DNA from: Acholeplasma sp.
GTDB taxonomy: Bacteria > Bacillota_I > Bacilli_A > ML615J-28 > CAG-698
NCBI GenBank assembly: GCA_012838635.1
Contig: DUOW01000005.1
Span: forward strand, 15,555-79,554
Direction of reading: 5' to 3'
DNA: 64,000 nt
Below, piece after piece: positions 60,188 through 64,000 of this stretch. Made by a program: the position numbers and the translations under genes. A model generated the notes under the pieces. The model did no database searches. It worked only from the letters and a program-made list of their open reading frames with translations, and was not told the DNA's origin. The number at the start of each line of letters is the position of its first letter. The stretch's first letter is position 1.

Positions 60188-60817
60188 TTTTACCGCCTTT
60201 ATATAATATATATTTTTATTTTCTTCTTTAAATTTTTGTTCATATTCTGTTTCAACAGAATCATTAATTTTTGAATCAAAGTCAGTACTTTGTTTTTTAA
60301 TTATAAAGTTAGTTTTACTTAAAGTAGATAAACTATAATTAAATAAATTTTCATTATCTGTCTTTAATTCTAGTACTCCCTCATTTACTAAGATATCTAA
60401 ATATTGTCTTAAAAAGTGAGGAGCTGTTAATCTTCTTTTCGCATGCCTTTCTTTAGGCCAAGGATCAGAGAAATTCAAATAGATTTTCGAAACTTCTAAA
60501 CTAGCAAAATAATCAAGTAGATTATTGGCATCAACACTTAATAAATAAATATTTTCAAGTTTAGTTTTGCTAATCATTCTTGCCGCTTTTAAAAGCACAG
60601 TATTTGACTTTTCAATTCCAATATAATTAATATTAGGATTTAAGACAGCACTTTCTTTTAAAAACTTTCCCTTACCCATCCCAATCTCTAAATGAATAGG
60701 ATTATTATTTTTAAAAAGCTCATTCCATTTTCCTTTATATTTATTAGGCTCAGCTATATAATAATCTTTAAATTCTAAGAGTTTAAGATCAGCATCTTTA
60801 ATATTCTTAATACGCAA
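60188..60817 (-). CDS. trmB: tRNA (guanine46-N7)-methyltransferase TrmB. It lacks its own stop codon and reads in-frame into the M42 peptidase gene
   Basis: 210 codons carrying TrmB motifs (IHLEIGMGKG, NFSDPWPK). The six-frame ORF continues as one 563-aa frame. Confidence 0.75.
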
Positions 60818-60819
60818 AA

Positions 60820-62175
60820 TTACTTACTTAGCTCCTTTATCGCATCAGCATAAATCATTGTACCAAGAAGACAATCTTCAACTGTAATATATTCATTAGG
60901 TTCATGAATGTTTGCTACTGTATGAGCAAATGTTGGTCCAAAAGAAACACCTTTCTTGAGAATCCTCGCATATGTTCCCCCACCAATAGTAAATGGCTTA
61001 CCTTCTTCATCATTAGTATATTTCTTATAAGAAGCAAATAATGTTTGGACTAATTCTTCATTAGGGTCTACATAATGAGGAGTTTGATCGCTTAAGATCT
61101 CAAACTTAAAACCATATTCACTAACCTCTAAATGAAGTTTCTTTAAGAATTCTTCTTTAGGAAAGTCAATTGGATATCTTAAATTTAAACCGATTTTATT
61201 TCCTTTAGGATTAATTTCAATTTTAGCTAAATTTACTGTTAGATGTCCCATTTTTTCATTTTGATAATCTAACCCCATACCTCTAAAATAAGGATCTTTC
61301 ATTTTATCACTAACAAAATTTACAACTGGGTTAGTTAAATAATCGCTCAAAAAACAAGCAAGTTTGATTGCAGCATTAACCCCTAAATAAGGAGCACTAC
61401 CATGAGCTGTTTTACCATAAACAGTTAATTTATATAAATTGTTTTCTTTACTAACTTCACCTTTAAGATCATTTTCTTTTAGATAGTCTAAAAACTCATG
61501 TTCTAAATTTTTCTTAATTAAAGCTTCGGCTTTATCAGGAACAACATTATAACGATCTCCTGCAGTAAAAGCTACAATCTCATCTTCTACATAACTAGAA
61601 ACTAAATCAATAGACATAATTCCCTTTTCTCCATGAATTACAGGAAAGGATGCATCGGGTGAAAAACCTACTTCAGGAAGCTTTTCAAACTTAGCATAAC
61701 GCCTCATACACTCCCAACCCGTTTCTTCATCAGTACCAATAATTAATCTTACCTTTTTCTTAGGCGTAAAACCTAAATCTTTTAAAACTTTCATTGCATA
61801 TAACGCACAGATAACAGGTCCTTTATCATCTATTGCCCCACGGCCATAAATCTTACCATCTACAAGTTTACCAGAAAAAGGAGGATAATCCCATTCTCCA
61901 CTTGCGGGAACAACATCAACATGACCTAAAATACCAATTATTTCATCCCCTTGACCAAAGTCTATATGTCCTGCTACATTATCTACAAGTTTAACTTCAA
62001 AACCCATTTCTTTTCCTAACTTTAAAACATAAAGTAAAGAATCTTTTGCCCCCTTACCAAAAGGAGCATCTATCGTAACAGGTGTTTCATTCTTGACGCT
62101 ATTAATTTGAATTAACTCTTGAATTGAGGTAACTAATTTCTTTTCATTCTTTTTAACTGCGTTTGTAATTTCCAT
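60820..62175 (-). CDS. pepV: M20 family dipeptidase (PepV/Sapep-like)
   Basis: HVDVVP, GRGAIDDKG and a DEE region typical of M20 dipeptidases; 451 aa. Confidence 0.8.
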   Translation of the reverse strand: MEITNAVKKNEKKLVTSIQELIQINSVKNETPVTIDAPFGKGAKDSLLYVLKLGKEMGFEVKLVDNVAGHIDFGQGDEIIGILGHVDVVPASGEWDYPPFSGKLVDGKIYGRGAIDDKGPVICALYAMKVLKDLGFTPKKKVRLIIGTDEETGWECMRRYAKFEKLPEVGFSPDASFPVIHGEKGIMSIDLVSSYVEDEIVAFTAGDRYNVVPDKAEALIKKNLEHEFLDYLKENDLKGEVSKENNLYKLTVYGKTAHGSAPYLGVNAAIKLACFLSDYLTNPVVNFVSDKMKDPYFRGMGLDYQNEKMGHLTVNLAKIEINPKGNKIGLNLRYPIDFPKEEFLKKLHLEVSEYGFKFEILSDQTPHYVDPNEELVQTLFASYKKYTNDEEGKPFTIGGGTYARILKKGVSFGPTFAHTVANIHEPNEYITVEDCLLGTMIYADAIKELSK

Positions 62176-62222
62176 CTTTAATACCTCTTATTTCATATTA
62201 TATCATTTATCTTTTTATTTGC

Positions 62223-64000
62223 CTATTTGTTTTTATTATACATTTCCATAAATTTAAGTTTAATATCTTCTACACTAAAGCCATATGCTTTTAAAACAGC
62301 TTGTGGCTTACCACTTGTACCAAATTTATTTACATTATATAAAACACCAGTACGATTGATAAATAAAGCTAAATGCATAGCTTCACTTAACTCTAAAGCC
62401 ATAATGTTTTTAGAATCAGGAATAACTTTGTTTATATATTTTTCATCTCGACTTAAAAAAACATTAACTGAAGGAATAGAGCATACTCTTATATCAATTC
62501 CTTCTTTTAATAATTCATCCTTAACATCTAAAGCTAGTTTACATTCAGAACCAGATGTTACAATAATACCATCTAATTTAGACTTTTCTTTAGCAAGTAT
62601 ATATCCACCTTTTAAAGCATCTTTAAGATGTTTACTTTTAGTAACTGTAGGAACATTTTGTCTTGTAAGGACAAAAACACTTGGGCGATTCTTATCACTT
62701 AAAGCCTTCTCCCAACAAGCAATCAGTTCATTTCCGTCAGCTGGACGGAAAACATTTAAGTTAGGAATGCTTCTAAGCATTGTTAACTGTTCAATCGGTT
62801 GATGAGTTGGACCATCTTCTCCAACTGCTAAAGAGTCATGACTAAAGATATAAAACACTTGATTTCCCATTAAAGAGGCTAGACGTATTGCCGGCTTTAA
62901 ATAATCAGAGAAAACAAAGAACGTAGAGGCAAAACCAATTAGGCCACTATGAAGACTAATACCATTAGTAATTGCTCCCATCGCATGTTCTCTAACACCA
63001 AATCTAATATTAGCTCCCTCTTTATTATCTTTTGAATAAAAACTGCTGTTAAGGCAAGCTTTTGTAGAAGAAGCTAAATCAGCAGCACCACCAAATAATG
63101 TCGGTAATTGTAAATAGATCTCGTTCATTACATCTTGATTTAAACTTCTTGTAGCTGCTACTTTATCTTCATAAAGAGGTAGTTTGCTAAAGTCAACTTT
63201 ATATTCTTTATTTAAAGCTTTTTTAAAGTTTTTATATTCTTCTGGATATTTTTTGCTATAAGCTTTTAAATCTTCTTCCCAAGATAGATATCTAATTTTA
63301 CCAACTTCTTCGCGTTTTTGATATGAATCTTTAACTTTTTTCAAAACAGTAAAAGCATCTCCCCCTAGCTTACTTCTAAATGAAGCAACTTCTTCACTTG
63401 GAAGAGGTGAACCATGAACTTTGTTTTGGCCTTCTAAACTAGAACCATGACCAATTTTTGTTTTTACTTCAATAAAATTTGGCTTATCACTAACTTTAGC
63501 TTTTTCTAAAGCTTTATCAAGTTCTTCAAGATTTTCTCCATTCTTTACTAAATAATAAGCAAAACCTAAAGATTCCATATATTCTTTAAAATCAAAAGAA
63601 ACAATATCTTTAGTTGGTCCATCTAATTGAATATCATTAGAATCAAAGATAATAATTAATTTATTCAAATTGTTATGACCTGCAAAACTTAAAGCTTCTA
63701 AAGCAACTCCTTCTTGCAAATCTCCATCACCACATAAACAGTATGTATAATGATCTACTATGCTTAAATCTTCTTTATTAAAAACAGAAGCTAGATGACT
63801 TTCAGCTAAAGCTAACCCAACTGCCATGCCAATACCTTGCCCTAAAGGACCAGTTGAAACATCAACACCATCAGTAATGCCTACTTCTGGATGTCCTGGT
63901 GTAGGTGTCCCTAGTTGACGGAAATTCTTTAAATCTTCTAAAGATATATTATATCCTGCTAAGGCTAAAGTTGCATATAGAATTGATGAGCCATGCCCTG
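62223..64000 (-). CDS. tkt: transketolase (5' end beyond the window)
   Basis: My translation of 63828-64000 continues the frame with GHGSSILYATLALAGY...GHPE...TGPLGQGIGMAVG (TPP-binding region). The ORF track shows only the portion from an internal Met. Confidence 0.9.
   Translation of the reverse strand, partial: GHGSSILYATLALAGYNISLEDLKNFRQLGTPTPGHPEVGITDGVDVSTGPLGQGIGMAVGLALAESHLASVFNKEDLSIVDHYTYCLCGDGDLQEGVALEALSFAGHNNLNKLIIIFDSNDIQLDGPTKDIVSFDFKEYMESLGFAYYLVKNGENLEELDKALEKAKVSDKPNFIEVKTKIGHGSSLEGQNKVHGSPLPSEEVASFRSKLGGDAFTVLKKVKDSYQKREEVGKIRYLSWEEDLKAYSKKYPEEYKNFKKALNKEYKVDFSKLPLYEDKVAATRSLNQDVMNEIYLQLPTLFGGAADLASSTKACLNSSFYSKDNKEGANIRFGVREHAMGAITNGISLHSGLIGFASTFFVFSDYLKPAIRLASLMGNQVFYIFSHDSLAVGEDGPTHQPIEQLTMLRSIPNLNVFRPADGNELIACWEKALSDKNRPSVFVLTRQNVPTVTKSKHLKDALKGGYILAKEKSKLDGIIVTSGSECKLALDVKDELLKEGIDIRVCSIPSVNVFLSRDEKYINKVIPDSKNIMALELSEAMHLALFINRTGVLYNVNKFGTSGKPQAVLKAYGFSVEDIKLKFMEMYNKNK

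Noticed and set aside
52210-60817. Possibility that the two stop-less gene junctions reflect TGA=Trp recoding (translation table 4)
   Set aside because: Neither junction contains any in-frame stop at all, so recoding cannot explain them. TGA is demonstrably used as a terminator (miaB), and the ORF track was computed with TGA as stop.
1-64000. Search for CRISPR arrays, IS elements, integrases, prophage genes or defence systems
   Set aside because: No direct-repeat and spacer arrays, no transposase or integrase-like ORFs, and no compositional islands. All intergenic gaps are under 300 nt and are accounted for by promoters, terminators or riboswitches.

Overview
This is an AT-rich (about 30% GC) chromosomal core region from a low-GC Firmicutes-type genome. 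It uses the standard genetic code: miaB ends with a TGA stop, rny with TAG and thrS with TAA. Gene order follows Bacillus subtilis synteny in several blocks: polA-mutM-coaE ... dnaB-dnaI-thrS; recA-rny-ymdB; comEA-comEC-holA-rpsT; gdpP-rplI-dnaC(helicase); rpsF-ssb-rpsR; prfA-prmC ... tsaC ... upp. About 90% of the window is coding, mostly on the minus strand. It holds roughly 60 protein genes for replication, repair, translation, cation transport and competence. I found no rRNA, tRNA, CRISPR arrays or mobile elements.

Three cis-regulatory RNAs can be read directly from the sequence:
- a Thr-specific T-box leader (ACC specifier) before thrS;
- an FMN riboswitch before a riboflavin transporter gene (ribU, an ECF-transporter substrate-binding subunit);
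- a ydaO-class c-di-AMP riboswitch before a two-gene operon: a cation:proton antiporter plus a small PII-like protein.

The c-di-AMP operon is the best candidate for an undescribed regulatory module. It sits in a window that also encodes the c-di-AMP phosphodiesterase GdpP and the c-di-AMP-responsive KtrAB potassium importer.

Other oddities:
- two gene junctions with no stop codon (gdpP-rplI and trmB-M42 aminopeptidase);
- a giant membrane-anchored PrsA-like foldase whose parvulin domain is split by an insertion;
- a lipoprotein with Ig-like repeats and a split amidase_2 domain;
- an apparently leaderless miaB that is translationally coupled to an ABC exporter;
- a uridine-kinase-like protein with an unknown N-terminal domain.
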